DNA of 32,000 nucleotides from Pseudodesulfovibrio mercurii. GTDB lineage: Bacteria > Desulfobacterota > Desulfovibrionia > Desulfovibrionales > Desulfovibrionaceae. The notes under the pieces were generated by a model. That model did not search any database. It was given only the letters and a program-made list of their open reading frames with translations, and had not been told where the DNA came from. The stretch is taken from contig NC_016803.1 of NCBI RefSeq assembly GCF_000189295.2, positions 480,001-512,000 on the forward strand. Reading direction: 5' to 3'. Positions 23,328 to 31,848 of this stretch are shown one piece after another (positions within the stretch are counted from its first letter, which is position 1; each line of letters starts with the position of its first letter). Position numbers and translations under genes: made by a program.

Positions 23328-25412
23328 CTAGAACGGGTAGACCAGGGTGCTCTCGCCGCCGCCGTTTTCCTCGCCCATCTTCTTGTCGATGGCGTCGATG
23401 CGCGCCTGGGCGGCCACGCGCTGTTCCTTGATGGAGGCGTTGCGCACCACTGTGCCGAGCAGCCGCTTGGCGGTCTCGTACTTGCCCCGCTTTTCATAGA
23501 TCAGGGAGGCGCGGTACATGGCCGTCAGGCACCAGATGTTCTCCTGGGGATACTGCCAGGCCAGTTTAAGGTAATAATCCAGCGCCTTGTCGGGATTGCG
23601 CAGGGCCTGTTCGCCCTCGCCGAGCCAGAACAGGGTCTCGGCCTGCAGGGCGGTGGTCATGGTCGCCCGCTGGTCCCACATGGTCAGCAGTTCCTGCTGT
23701 GCGGTCTCGTACTCCCGCCGCTGCTGGTAGAGCAGGGCCATGCGCAAGCGTGTCATGACCGGGATGGGCTCGCCGGTCTTGGTCATGGCCTGGTAGGTCT
23801 CCAGGGCCTGGGCCTGGTGCCCGGCGTCGAGTTCCAGGCGGGTCTTGATGTCCAGCCAGGCCATGCGCAGCTCGGGCGGCAGGGCGGGTTCGTCGATGCG
23901 GTTCAGGTAAAAGGCCCCGAGTTGCAGGTTCTTGGCCTTGACCGCGTCGTCGGCCAGGAAGATCAGGCCGCGAATGCCGAAGGACGAGTCGTCGAACAGA
24001 TAGGCAACGCGCTTGGCCAGCCCCACGGACGGCTCGGCCGCGAACCGCTGCTGCCACCAGGCCATGAGGAGCAGTCGGTCCAGGGGATACTGTCCGGCGG
24101 ACAGGGCCTGCAACTGATCGGCCGGGGCGGCGGTCCAGAAGGGGGCCTCGGTCTCGGGATGGACATCTATCCCGGCGGCCCCGGAAAGGGCGGCCAGCAC
24201 CGGGTACAGGGCAAAGGCCTCGGCCGGTTTTTCGGGCAGGATTTTGTTCAAGTCATCCTTGAAGGCCAGTACGCCCGCCAGCCGCAGGCAGATGGGCAAC
24301 GTTGTTTTATCTATGGAATCCCAGGTGGTTGCCGCAACCTGCCGATTGCCGTTGGACAGGGACAGGGCGAGCTTGAAGTTGCGCAGCAGGGTCGCGGTCT
24401 GCTCGGAGATGAGCATGGAGCCGAGCTCGTTGTCGATGGCCTTTTCCGCTTCGGCCGGGGCCATGGTCAGGATGTTGTTGCGGAACTTGGTCCAGGCGGC
24501 CGAGTCCGGATTGCCCAGGAACCATTCGGACCGGGACTTGGAATAGGGGGCCAGGATGTTGCCCGCCCAGAAGGCGTGGGCCTTGAGGTAGTTGTCTTTA
24601 AGGAATACTTCAAGGTTTTTCGGTGTGTTGCCGCTATTGAGGAAGTACAGGATCGAGGTCCAGAATGCGCGCACGGTGTCGTTGGACAGCGTGGAGATGT
24701 AGCCTGTGGCCTCTTCGAATTTTTCCAGGGACACGGCGGCCAGGGCGCGGGCGATCCGCTGCGTGTCCGCGGACTGGACCAGGGACGCGGCCGGGTCCGC
24801 CTGGCCGGGCGCTGGCGCCTTGCCATCAGGCGCCATATTGGGATTCATGAGGGAATACACCCGGTTCCAGAAGTCGTTCTCCCAGACCTTGCGGCCCACG
24901 ACCATGATCATGTTCAGGGCTTCCTTCTGGGAGTCGCGGGAAAGGGTGTGGTTGGCCAGCCAGGCCCAGTACATCTTGATCCAGACGTCGTGCCAGATGA
25001 CGGCCAGGTCGGGTTCGCCCTTGAAACGGGCCTTGATCTCATCGTCGGACAGGAATTTAGTGGCCTGGGTGTACCACAAAACGGCCTTGGTCAGGTCGCC
25101 CAAACCTCGGTGGGCGCGGCCGCCGAGCCATAGCCGGTCGGCCTCGTCCTTGCCGGTGAAGGCCGGTGTCATCTCAATGATTTCAAGGGCTTTTGCGGGC
25201 GAATTGAGGTTCAGGTAGACCTGGGCGCGCTTGAGCACGGCCTCGGGGGTATCGGCGGCGGACTCCTGGGCGTATTCCTTTTCCAGGCGGTCCCAGGCGC
25301 GGTAGTGCTCGAGCCATTGCTGGAAGGACTGTTTTTCCTCGGCTTGGGCGGGGTTCAGTCCGGCCAGGACCAGAAAAAGCGTCAGAAGCGAAAATGCGAT
25401 GCGTGCTTTCAT
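23328..25412 (-). CDS. Periplasmic TPR-like helical-repeat protein, 694 aa
   Basis: Signal peptide MKARIAFSLLTLFLVLAGLNPAQA. Helical-repeat character is clearest in the C-terminal third (ALLYQQRREYETAQQEL, ALDYYLKLAWQYP, ASLIYEKRGKYETAKRLL). ATG at 25412 with GAGGAA upstream. Confidence 0.75.
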   Translation of the reverse strand: MKARIAFSLLTLFLVLAGLNPAQAEEKQSFQQWLEHYRAWDRLEKEYAQESAADTPEAVLKRAQVYLNLNSPAKALEIIEMTPAFTGKDEADRLWLGGRAHRGLGDLTKAVLWYTQATKFLSDDEIKARFKGEPDLAVIWHDVWIKMYWAWLANHTLSRDSQKEALNMIMVVGRKVWENDFWNRVYSLMNPNMAPDGKAPAPGQADPAASLVQSADTQRIARALAAVSLEKFEEATGYISTLSNDTVRAFWTSILYFLNSGNTPKNLEVFLKDNYLKAHAFWAGNILAPYSKSRSEWFLGNPDSAAWTKFRNNILTMAPAEAEKAIDNELGSMLISEQTATLLRNFKLALSLSNGNRQVAATTWDSIDKTTLPICLRLAGVLAFKDDLNKILPEKPAEAFALYPVLAALSGAAGIDVHPETEAPFWTAAPADQLQALSAGQYPLDRLLLMAWWQQRFAAEPSVGLAKRVAYLFDDSSFGIRGLIFLADDAVKAKNLQLGAFYLNRIDEPALPPELRMAWLDIKTRLELDAGHQAQALETYQAMTKTGEPIPVMTRLRMALLYQQRREYETAQQELLTMWDQRATMTTALQAETLFWLGEGEQALRNPDKALDYYLKLAWQYPQENIWCLTAMYRASLIYEKRGKYETAKRLLGTVVRNASIKEQRVAAQARIDAIDKKMGEENGGGESTLVYPF

Positions 25413-25617
25413 TGTTCCTCGAATGCGGCCGTGGCGGCTTTTTGTCCGTTGGTGATGGGGCATCCTTACCAGCCGTTCCCGAAATGCTCAATGGGCGGTA
25501 TTGCGATTGTCCGTCCAAGGGACGGTTCCGGGCGGGCCAATGGATGAGTGGCCGAAAACCGGGAAGGGCAAATTTTCACGGTGACGATCGGCCCTGTTTC
25601 AGCCCCTCATTGTTGAA

Positions 25618-25645
25618 AGTTTACATAATTTACATTATGAGACAA
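25618..25645 (-). promoter_or_regulatory. Candidate sigma70-type promoter for the TPR-azlCD operon
   Basis: On the minus strand: TTGTCT (25645-25640), 16-nt spacer, TAAACT (25623-25618). It lies in the most AT-rich stretch of the window and overlaps the tandem TTTACATAA/TTTACATTA repeat. Confidence 0.3.
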
Positions 25646-25832
25646 TTATATAACACACCGGAAGAGTGAGAAAAATTACTTCAAGTTGCATCGATTGCCT
25701 GGACACGTCGTCGCCTACTGATGGCTTGCCGATGGACGGCGCACGAGAAATCCCCTGTGCCGCGTTTTGGGGGAATTTGTGATGCGAACTCCGTCCACGG
25801 ACGGAAAATCGCTCACGCTCGAACTGAGGACG

Positions 25833-25859
25833 AAAAAAAAGGCCCTGGGTCGGGCCTTT
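25833..25859 (-). terminator. Rho-independent terminator after the YHS-domain gene
   Basis: On the minus strand: AAGGCCC, loop GACCCA, GGGCCTT, then TTTTTTTT (plus-strand A8 at 25833-25840). About 25 nt past the stop at 25884. Confidence 0.8.
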
Positions 25860-25883
25860 GTCTTGTCGGATGGGCTGGGAAGC

Positions 25884-26183
25884 CTATGCTTCGTCGTCCT
25901 TGGACTCCACGGCTTCCTTTTTGGCGGCCGTGGCGCCGATGCGCTTCAGGTACTTGTCGCGGCATTCGTAGGAGCAGAACACGTGGACCTTGTCCCCTTC
26001 CCGGACGCGGATGTCGCCGTCCTTGTCCACGTAGGTCCCGCAGGACGGGTCCTTGACCATTTCGCCCGAGGCCACCTTCTGCTTGAAGGCCTTGTCCTTC
26101 TTCATGTCCTTCTTTTGCTTGTCGCCCATGAAGAGCTTGTAGACCAGAAACAGGGCCGCAGCGATGACCAGGAATTTCAGCAT
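25884..26183 (-). CDS. Membrane-anchored YHS/TRASH-like zinc-ribbon domain protein
   Basis: N-terminal TM helix MLKFLVIAAALFLVYKLF, a Lys-rich linker, then VKDPSCGTYVDKDG...VHVFCSYECRDKYL (DPxCG...FCSxxC pattern). GAGG Shine-Dalgarno upstream. Confidence 0.65.
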   Translation of the reverse strand: MLKFLVIAAALFLVYKLFMGDKQKKDMKKDKAFKQKVASGEMVKDPSCGTYVDKDGDIRVREGDKVHVFCSYECRDKYLKRIGATAAKKEAVESKDDEA

Positions 26184-26207
26184 GGGTTGCCTCGTTGGTT
26201 GGTTGGG

Positions 26208-26711
26208 TTAGGAGTCCTGCCAGAGCTTGCGCCCTTCCTGCCGGTACGTGATGGCGGCAAGCGCCTCGTCCACGGTGGTCCCGTCGGGAAAGACGAAGTC
26301 CGGGGCGATCTCCTTGAGCGGCACGAGCACGAACGCCCTTTCCTTGGCGCGCGGATGCGGCAGGGTCAGGAAGTCCATGTCCATGACGGTGTCGCCCCAG
26401 GCGATGATGTCCATGTCGAGCGGCCTGGGACCGCCGGGCACGGCCCTGGTGCGGCCCATCTTGGCCTCGATGGCCGTGCAGGTGGACAGGAAGCCCGGCG
26501 GCGACCAGATCTCGGCGTCGATCTCGAGCTCGATCACCTGGTTGGTGAACCACGGCTGATCCTTGATCTCCCCCTGGGGTTCGGTCTCGTAGTATTCCGA
26601 GACCTTTTTCAGGCGGATGTCGTCACCGTAGTCCTCGAGCAGGACCAGGGCCTCGTGGAGGTTGTCTTCGGTGTCTCCCACGTTGGAGCCGAGGCTCACG
26701 TAGCAGATCAC
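26208..26711 (-). CDS. folK: 2-amino-4-hydroxy-6-hydroxymethyldihydropteridine diphosphokinase (HPPK)
   Basis: VICYVSLGSNVGD...YETEPQG..DQPWFTNQV...RPLDMDII...LTLPHPRAKERAFVLVPL is canonical FolK. GTG start at 26711 overlaps the dapL stop (GTGA). Confidence 0.85.
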   Translation of the reverse strand: MICYVSLGSNVGDTEDNLHEALVLLEDYGDDIRLKKVSEYYETEPQGEIKDQPWFTNQVIELEIDAEIWSPPGFLSTCTAIEAKMGRTRAVPGGPRPLDMDIIAWGDTVMDMDFLTLPHPRAKERAFVLVPLKEIAPDFVFPDGTTVDEALAAITYRQEGRKLWQDS

Positions 26712-27874
26712 AGTTTCGAAATTCTGGATACGGCCTCCTCGAGCTTGTCGTTGTTCACGGTCAGGGAGATGCGGAAGTACCCTTCCCCAGGCGTGCCGAA
26801 GCCGTTGCCGGGGGTCAGGACCACGCCGGTCTTCATGAGCACGTTGGTCACGAATTCCGCGGACTTGTACCCTTCCGGCACGTTGCACCAGAGGTAGAAG
26901 GAGGCGTCCGGCACACGGTGCCTGATGCCGATCTTGGTCAGGGCGGCGCTAACCACGTCCCGGCGCTCCTTGTAGATGGCCCGGAAGCTCTCGGCAAAGG
27001 GCTCGCCCTGGCGCAGGGCCGCGATGCCCGCCTCCTGGACGGCCTGGAAGATGCCGGAGTCCACGTTTTCCTTGATCTTGCCCAGGCCCGCGACCAGGCT
27101 CCGGTTGCCAACGGCCATGCCGATGCGCCAGCCGGTCATGTTGTAGGTCTTGGACAGGGAATGGAACTCGATGCAGACGTCCTTGGCCCCCTCGCACTCG
27201 AAGATGGAAATGGGCTTGTTGTCCGGATCGTAGTAAATTTCGGTGTAGGCCGCGTCCGAGACCACGATGACGTTGAATTCCTTGGCCTTCTCGATGAGCT
27301 TCTCGTAGAAGGGCTTGGTCGCGGTGGCCGCGGTCGGGTTGTTCGGATAGCAGACGAAGATCATCTTGGCCTTGGCCCAGGTGTCGTCGGAAATGGCGTC
27401 CAGGTCCACGAGGAAGTCGTTTTCCTCAAGCAGGGGCAGGTACTCCACCCTTCCGCCGGCGAACTCCGTGGCCACGCCGTAGACCGGGTAGTTGGGGGTG
27501 GCCACCAGGACCGTGTCGCCGGGGTTGACGTAGGCCATCGGGAAGTGGGCGATGCCCTCCTTGGAGCCGATCAGGCTGACGATCTCGGTCTCGGGGTCGA
27601 GATCCACGCCGAACCGCTGCTTGTACCAGTCGGCCACGGCCTGGCGGTAGGCCAGCATGCCGATGTAGTCGGGATAGCGGTGGTTCTTGGGCTTCTTGGC
27701 GCTCTCGTAGAGGGCTTCGATGATGAATTCGGGGGTGGGCAGGTCGGGGTCGCCGATGCCCAGGCTGATGATGTCCATGCCCTTCTTGGCGACTTCCGCC
27801 TTGGCCTTGTCGATGGCGGCGAACAGATACGGCGGCAGCGTCGAGAGACGGTCGGCCAACTTGAATTCAGACAT
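26708..27874 (-). CDS. dapL: LL-diaminopimelate aminotransferase (class I/II PLP aminotransferase)
   Basis: MSEFKLADRLSTLPPYLFAAIDKAKAEVAKKGMDIISLGIGDPDLPTP..., NHRYPDY, NPTAA and the SLSKTYNMTGWRIG PLP-lysine motif. AAGGAGAG Shine-Dalgarno upstream of the ATG at 27874. 388 aa. Confidence 0.8.
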   Translation of the reverse strand: MSEFKLADRLSTLPPYLFAAIDKAKAEVAKKGMDIISLGIGDPDLPTPEFIIEALYESAKKPKNHRYPDYIGMLAYRQAVADWYKQRFGVDLDPETEIVSLIGSKEGIAHFPMAYVNPGDTVLVATPNYPVYGVATEFAGGRVEYLPLLEENDFLVDLDAISDDTWAKAKMIFVCYPNNPTAATATKPFYEKLIEKAKEFNVIVVSDAAYTEIYYDPDNKPISIFECEGAKDVCIEFHSLSKTYNMTGWRIGMAVGNRSLVAGLGKIKENVDSGIFQAVQEAGIAALRQGEPFAESFRAIYKERRDVVSAALTKIGIRHRVPDASFYLWCNVPEGYKSAEFVTNVLMKTGVVLTPGNGFGTPGEGYFRISLTVNNDKLEEAVSRISKL

Positions 27875-28081
27875 GTATGATCTCTCCTTGAAATCCGATA
27901 TTGAAGCACTTTCATAATGGGGGCATGACCCTGTGTCAATGCGAACCATTGCGCTTTGACCCTCACCTTGGTAGCAAGGAGGGTGGCAGCCGTGCTTGGT
28001 TTCCATGCAGTGCGGCAGATACCCTTTTCCCGTGGATATCATCCAATACTTTAATAGTATCAAAGCGGTCCGGCAGTGATC

Positions 28082-29005
28082 ATGGCGCGCCCCGACAAAG
28101 AGAAAAACATCAACGAGTACAGCCACCCCTGGGTGGACAGATACCTTGAGCACCTGCTGATCGAAAAGGGGCTGTCCGAGAACAGCCTGACCGGCTACGC
28201 CAACGACCTGGGCTCCCTGCTCGCCTTCCTGGAGGAGCGCTCCTTTCCGCTCAAGGACCTGACGGACCAGACCCTGTTCCTCTACCTGACCCATCTGCGG
28301 GCGCGCGGCCTGAAGAGCCGCTCCCTGGCCCGGCACCTCTCCTCCCTGCGCGGGTTCTTCGCCTTCGCCGTGGGCGAGAAGTGGTACAAGGAGGACCCCG
28401 GTCAGCTCCTCGAAAATCCCAAGCTGCCGCGCAAGCTGCCGGAATTTTTAAGCCGCGAGGAGATTTCCCGGGTCCTGGCCCTGCCCGACACCTCCACCCC
28501 GCTGGGCATGCGCGACAAGGTCATGCTGGAACTGCTCTACGCGGCGGGGCTCCGGGTGTCCGAGCTCATCGGCATGAAGGTCCTGGACTATGACCCCCAG
28601 GTGGGCATGCTCAAGGTCTTCGGCAAGGGGTCCAAGGACCGGCTCATCCCCATCCACTACACGGCCCAGGACTACCTCAACCGCTACTTGGAATTCACCC
28701 GGCCCGGCTTCAAGCCACGTGAGGACTTCATGTTCCTGAACCGCTCGGGCAAGGGGCTGACCCGCCAGGGCGTGTGGAAGCTGATCAAGAAATACGCCGA
28801 GGCGGCGGGCATAAAGCGGTCCATCTCGCCGCACACCTTCCGCCACTCCTTCGCCACCCACCTGCTGGAAGGGGGCGCGGACCTGCGCACCGTGCAGATT
28901 CTCCTGGGGCACGCGGACATCAGCGCCACCGAGATCTACACCCACGTGGAGGCCAACCGGCTCAAGACCCTGCACCGGAAGTTCCACCCGCGATCAACCA
29001 TGTGA
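28082..29005 (+). CDS. xerD: Site-specific tyrosine recombinase XerD
   Basis: NPKLPRKLPEFLS, RDKVMLELLYAAGLRVSEL, GKGSKDRLIPI, HTFRHSFATHLLEGGADLRTVQILLGHADISATEIYTHV and a C-terminal HRKFHPR closely parallel E. coli XerD (catalytic R..HxxR..H..Y present). Confidence 0.85.
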   Translation: MARPDKEKNINEYSHPWVDRYLEHLLIEKGLSENSLTGYANDLGSLLAFLEERSFPLKDLTDQTLFLYLTHLRARGLKSRSLARHLSSLRGFFAFAVGEKWYKEDPGQLLENPKLPRKLPEFLSREEISRVLALPDTSTPLGMRDKVMLELLYAAGLRVSELIGMKVLDYDPQVGMLKVFGKGSKDRLIPIHYTAQDYLNRYLEFTRPGFKPREDFMFLNRSGKGLTRQGVWKLIKKYAEAAGIKRSISPHTFRHSFATHLLEGGADLRTVQILLGHADISATEIYTHVEANRLKTLHRKFHPRSTM

Positions 29006-29030
29006 TCTTCGCAACAACGCGGAATATGAA

Positions 29031-31718
29031 ATGAAAAACAAACCGGAAAAGATACAGGCCCCGGTCGTGATCACGGCCCACGCCAACGCGGACTTCGACG
29101 CCTTGGCGGCCATGGTCGCGGCCAGCAAGCTCTATCCCGGCGCGGTGCTCATCTTTCCGGGCAGCCAGGAATCAAACCTGCGCAACTTCTTCATCGAGTC
29201 CACCACCTATCTCTTCAATTTCAAGGCCTTCAAGGACATCGAGCCGGAGTCCGTGGAGCTTTTGGTGGTGGTGGACACCCGTCAGCGCTCGCGCATTCCC
29301 CATGTCCGCCCCCTACTCGACAACGAGAACCTGCGCATCCACCTCTACGACCACCACCCGGACAGCGAGGACGACCTGCCCGCCGAGAAGAGCGTGGTCC
29401 GCGAGTGGGGCTCCACCACGGCCATCATCGTGGCCGAGATCCGCGAAAGGGGGCTGTCCCTGAACATGGAGGAGGCCACCCTGCTCGGCATCGGCATTTA
29501 CGAGGACACCGGCTCCTTCGGCTTCAACACGACCACGCCCCAGGACTTCGAGGCCGCGGGCTGGCTCAAGTCCCAGGGCATGGACATCGAGGTCATCACC
29601 GACCTTCTGTCCCACGAGCTGTCCGCCGAGCAGGTCACCTATCTCGGCGAATTGTTCAAGAACGCCAAGACATACGACATCCACGGGGTGGACGTGGTCG
29701 TGACCGAGATGTCCACGGACAAGTTCGTGCCGGACTTCGCCCTGCTGGTCCACAAGCTCATGGACATGGAGAAGATCAAGGTGGTCTTCGCCATGGGCCG
29801 CATGGCCGACCGCATCCACCTGGTGGCCCGGTCCAAGAGCCCGGACGTCAACGTGGGCCGCATCTGCGCCTCCCTGGGCGGCGGCGGGCACGACGCGGCG
29901 GCCTCGGCGACCATCAAGGACCGCACCCTGGCCGAGGTGCGCGACGACCTGTTCGCCCTGTTCTACTCCCAGATCAATCCGCAGATCGTGGTGGACTCGC
30001 TCATGTCCCGCCCGCCCGTGGTCATCGAGGGCGACAAGACCATGGCCGACGCCGTGGAGCTGATGACCCGCTACGGGCTCAAGGACGTGCCCGTGGTGGC
30101 CAAGGACAGCATGCAATGCATCGGCATAATCGGTCATAAAATCGCGGACAAGGCCCTGTCCCACCACCTGGGCGACGTGGGCCTGTCCGAGTACATGACC
30201 AGGGCCTTCGAGACCGTGGAGTCCTCGACCGATCTGTACCGGGTCATGGAGATCATCCTGAGCAACCGGCAGCGCATGCTGCCCGTGGTGGAAAACGGCG
30301 AACTGGTCGGGGTCATCACCCGCACGGACCTGACCAACATGCTCATCGAGGAGCCCGCCCGCATCCCCGACTCCCTCATGCCGGACCACCGCCGCGAGCG
30401 GAACATCGCCTCCCAGGTCAGGAACCGGCTGCCCCAGCGCATGCTCGACCTGCTCAAGGAGGCGGGCGAGCTGGGCACGGACATGGGCTGGGAGGTCTAC
30501 GCCGTGGGCGGGTTCGTGCGCGACATCCTGCTCGGTCGGCCCAACCTGGACCTGGACCTGGTGGTCGAGGGCGACGGCATCGCCTTTGCCCGGCGGTTCG
30601 CGGCCAAGCTCGGCGGCCGGGTCAAGGCCCACTCCAAGTTCAAGACCGCCGTGGTCATCCTCGACGACGGCCAGCGGGTGGACGTGGCCACGGCCCGGCT
30701 GGAATATTACGAATACCCCGCCGCCCTGCCCACGGTGGAGCTGTCGTCCATCAAGATGGACCTGTACCGCCGCGACTTCACGGTCAACGCCCTGGCCCTG
30801 CGCATCAACCCCGGCCGTTACGGCCAGCTGGTGGACTTCTTCGGGGCCGAGCGGGACATCCGCAACAAGACCATCCGCGTGCTCCATTCCCTGAGCTTCG
30901 TGGAGGACCCGACGCGCATCCTCCGGGCCATCCGCTTCGAGCGGCGCTTCGACTTCCAGATCGGCGGCCAGACCATGCGGCTGATCAAGAACGCCCTCAG
31001 CCTCAAGCTCTTCAGCAAGCTGTCCGGGACCAGGGTCATGCACGAGCTGCAACTGATCATGAACGAGGAGGACCCCCTGGCCTGCCTGTTGCGCATGCAG
31101 GAGCTGGGCATCATGGAGGCCATCCATCCCCTGCTCTCCCTGGACAAGGAGCGGGTCCAGATACTGACCGAGCTGGTCAAGGTCCACAACTGGTACAAGC
31201 TCCTCTATCTGGAGCCCCCGGTGGTCCCCTGGAAACTCTATCTCCTGGGCATGACCATGGGCATCAAGCGGGACCAGATCGACCAGGTGACCGGGCGGCT
31301 GCATTTCACCAGGCGCGAGGAGCGCGACTTCTTCCAGTTGCGGGACCAGATCGGCGAAGCCCTGATGAAACTCATGGGCTGGAAGGAGGGCCGTTCGCGC
31401 CTGAGCCGGTTGTACAAGATCCTCCATCCCCTGCCGGTGGAGGGCATCCTGTTCCTCATGGCGCGCAGCCGAAAGGAATACATTCGGCGGAATATTTCGC
31501 AATATCTCGCCAGGTTGCAGTATGTCGAGATTGAGGTGAACGGCAAGGACCTCAAGAATATCGGCATAGAGCCGGGCCCGATCTACGCGATCATCCTGGA
31601 CAAGCTGATGACCGCCAAGATCGACGGGCGGGCGGAAACCCGGCACGAGCAATTGAATCTGGCGAAAAAATTGAATAAGGAATTATCGGCAAGGTTCGAA
31701 GAGGAGAGCGGAGACTGA
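29031..31718 (+). CDS. Fusion protein: DHH/DHHA1 phosphoesterase + CBS pair + class II tRNA nucleotidyltransferase/poly(A) polymerase head-neck domains
   Basis: DHH motifs HANADFDAL, VVVDT, DHH (LYDHHP) and EDTGSF. DHHA1 motif GGGGHDAAAS. Two CBS modules at about aa 320-450. NTase motifs GGFVRDILLGRPNLDLDLVV, RRDFTVNAL and EDPTRILRAIRF. Confidence 0.9.
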   Translation: MKNKPEKIQAPVVITAHANADFDALAAMVAASKLYPGAVLIFPGSQESNLRNFFIESTTYLFNFKAFKDIEPESVELLVVVDTRQRSRIPHVRPLLDNENLRIHLYDHHPDSEDDLPAEKSVVREWGSTTAIIVAEIRERGLSLNMEEATLLGIGIYEDTGSFGFNTTTPQDFEAAGWLKSQGMDIEVITDLLSHELSAEQVTYLGELFKNAKTYDIHGVDVVVTEMSTDKFVPDFALLVHKLMDMEKIKVVFAMGRMADRIHLVARSKSPDVNVGRICASLGGGGHDAAASATIKDRTLAEVRDDLFALFYSQINPQIVVDSLMSRPPVVIEGDKTMADAVELMTRYGLKDVPVVAKDSMQCIGIIGHKIADKALSHHLGDVGLSEYMTRAFETVESSTDLYRVMEIILSNRQRMLPVVENGELVGVITRTDLTNMLIEEPARIPDSLMPDHRRERNIASQVRNRLPQRMLDLLKEAGELGTDMGWEVYAVGGFVRDILLGRPNLDLDLVVEGDGIAFARRFAAKLGGRVKAHSKFKTAVVILDDGQRVDVATARLEYYEYPAALPTVELSSIKMDLYRRDFTVNALALRINPGRYGQLVDFFGAERDIRNKTIRVLHSLSFVEDPTRILRAIRFERRFDFQIGGQTMRLIKNALSLKLFSKLSGTRVMHELQLIMNEEDPLACLLRMQELGIMEAIHPLLSLDKERVQILTELVKVHNWYKLLYLEPPVVPWKLYLLGMTMGIKRDQIDQVTGRLHFTRREERDFFQLRDQIGEALMKLMGWKEGRSRLSRLYKILHPLPVEGILFLMARSRKEYIRRNISQYLARLQYVEIEVNGKDLKNIGIEPGPIYAIILDKLMTAKIDGRAETRHEQLNLAKKLNKELSARFEEESGD

Positions 31719-31848
31719 TGCTTTCCCCTCTTGCCCTCGGCGGACAAGCCGTGTAGAAAATCAAGATGTTGGTTGGTCCGAGCGGCCGTTTCGGGCGATG
31801 TGCCGAACCTGGGCCGCAACCGGCTTGAAAGACAAACGGAAGTGGATC

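Noticed and set aside
26194-26205. (TTGG)3 microsatellite between folK and the YHS gene
   Set aside because: There are only three units, which is too short to argue for phase variation. It overlaps no start codon or promoter element.
27983-28054. 23-codon GTG-initiated mini-ORF directly after a perfect AAGGAGG in the dapL/xerD divergent spacer
   Set aside because: The Shine-Dalgarno abuts the GTG (0-2 nt spacing), which is too short for initiation. The peptide has no notable features. The AGGAGG is probably fortuitous.
26208-28336. ORF-track models 26208..26888 and 26708..28336 (plus similar N-terminal extensions at 16903..17778, 1893..2573, 2496.., 2963.., 8164.., 13284..13877, 23328..25463)
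   Set aside because: The extended N-termini are G/R/P-rich read-through into upstream genes or spacers. Internal starts with Shine-Dalgarno sequences give proteins of canonical family length, so the trimmed coordinates are reported instead.
28082-29005. Tyrosine recombinase as a marker of a mobile element or integron
   Set aside because: The sequence parallels housekeeping XerD along its whole length, including the C-terminal HxxxHPR tail. No att-like repeats or cargo genes are adjacent.
29313-31652. 779-aa minus-strand ORF opposite the DHH-CBS-CCA gene
   Set aside because: Shadow frame. Its composition is G/D/H/L/V/Q-rich and lacks K/I/N/F, whereas the plus-strand frame carries a full set of DHH, DHHA1 and NTase motifs.
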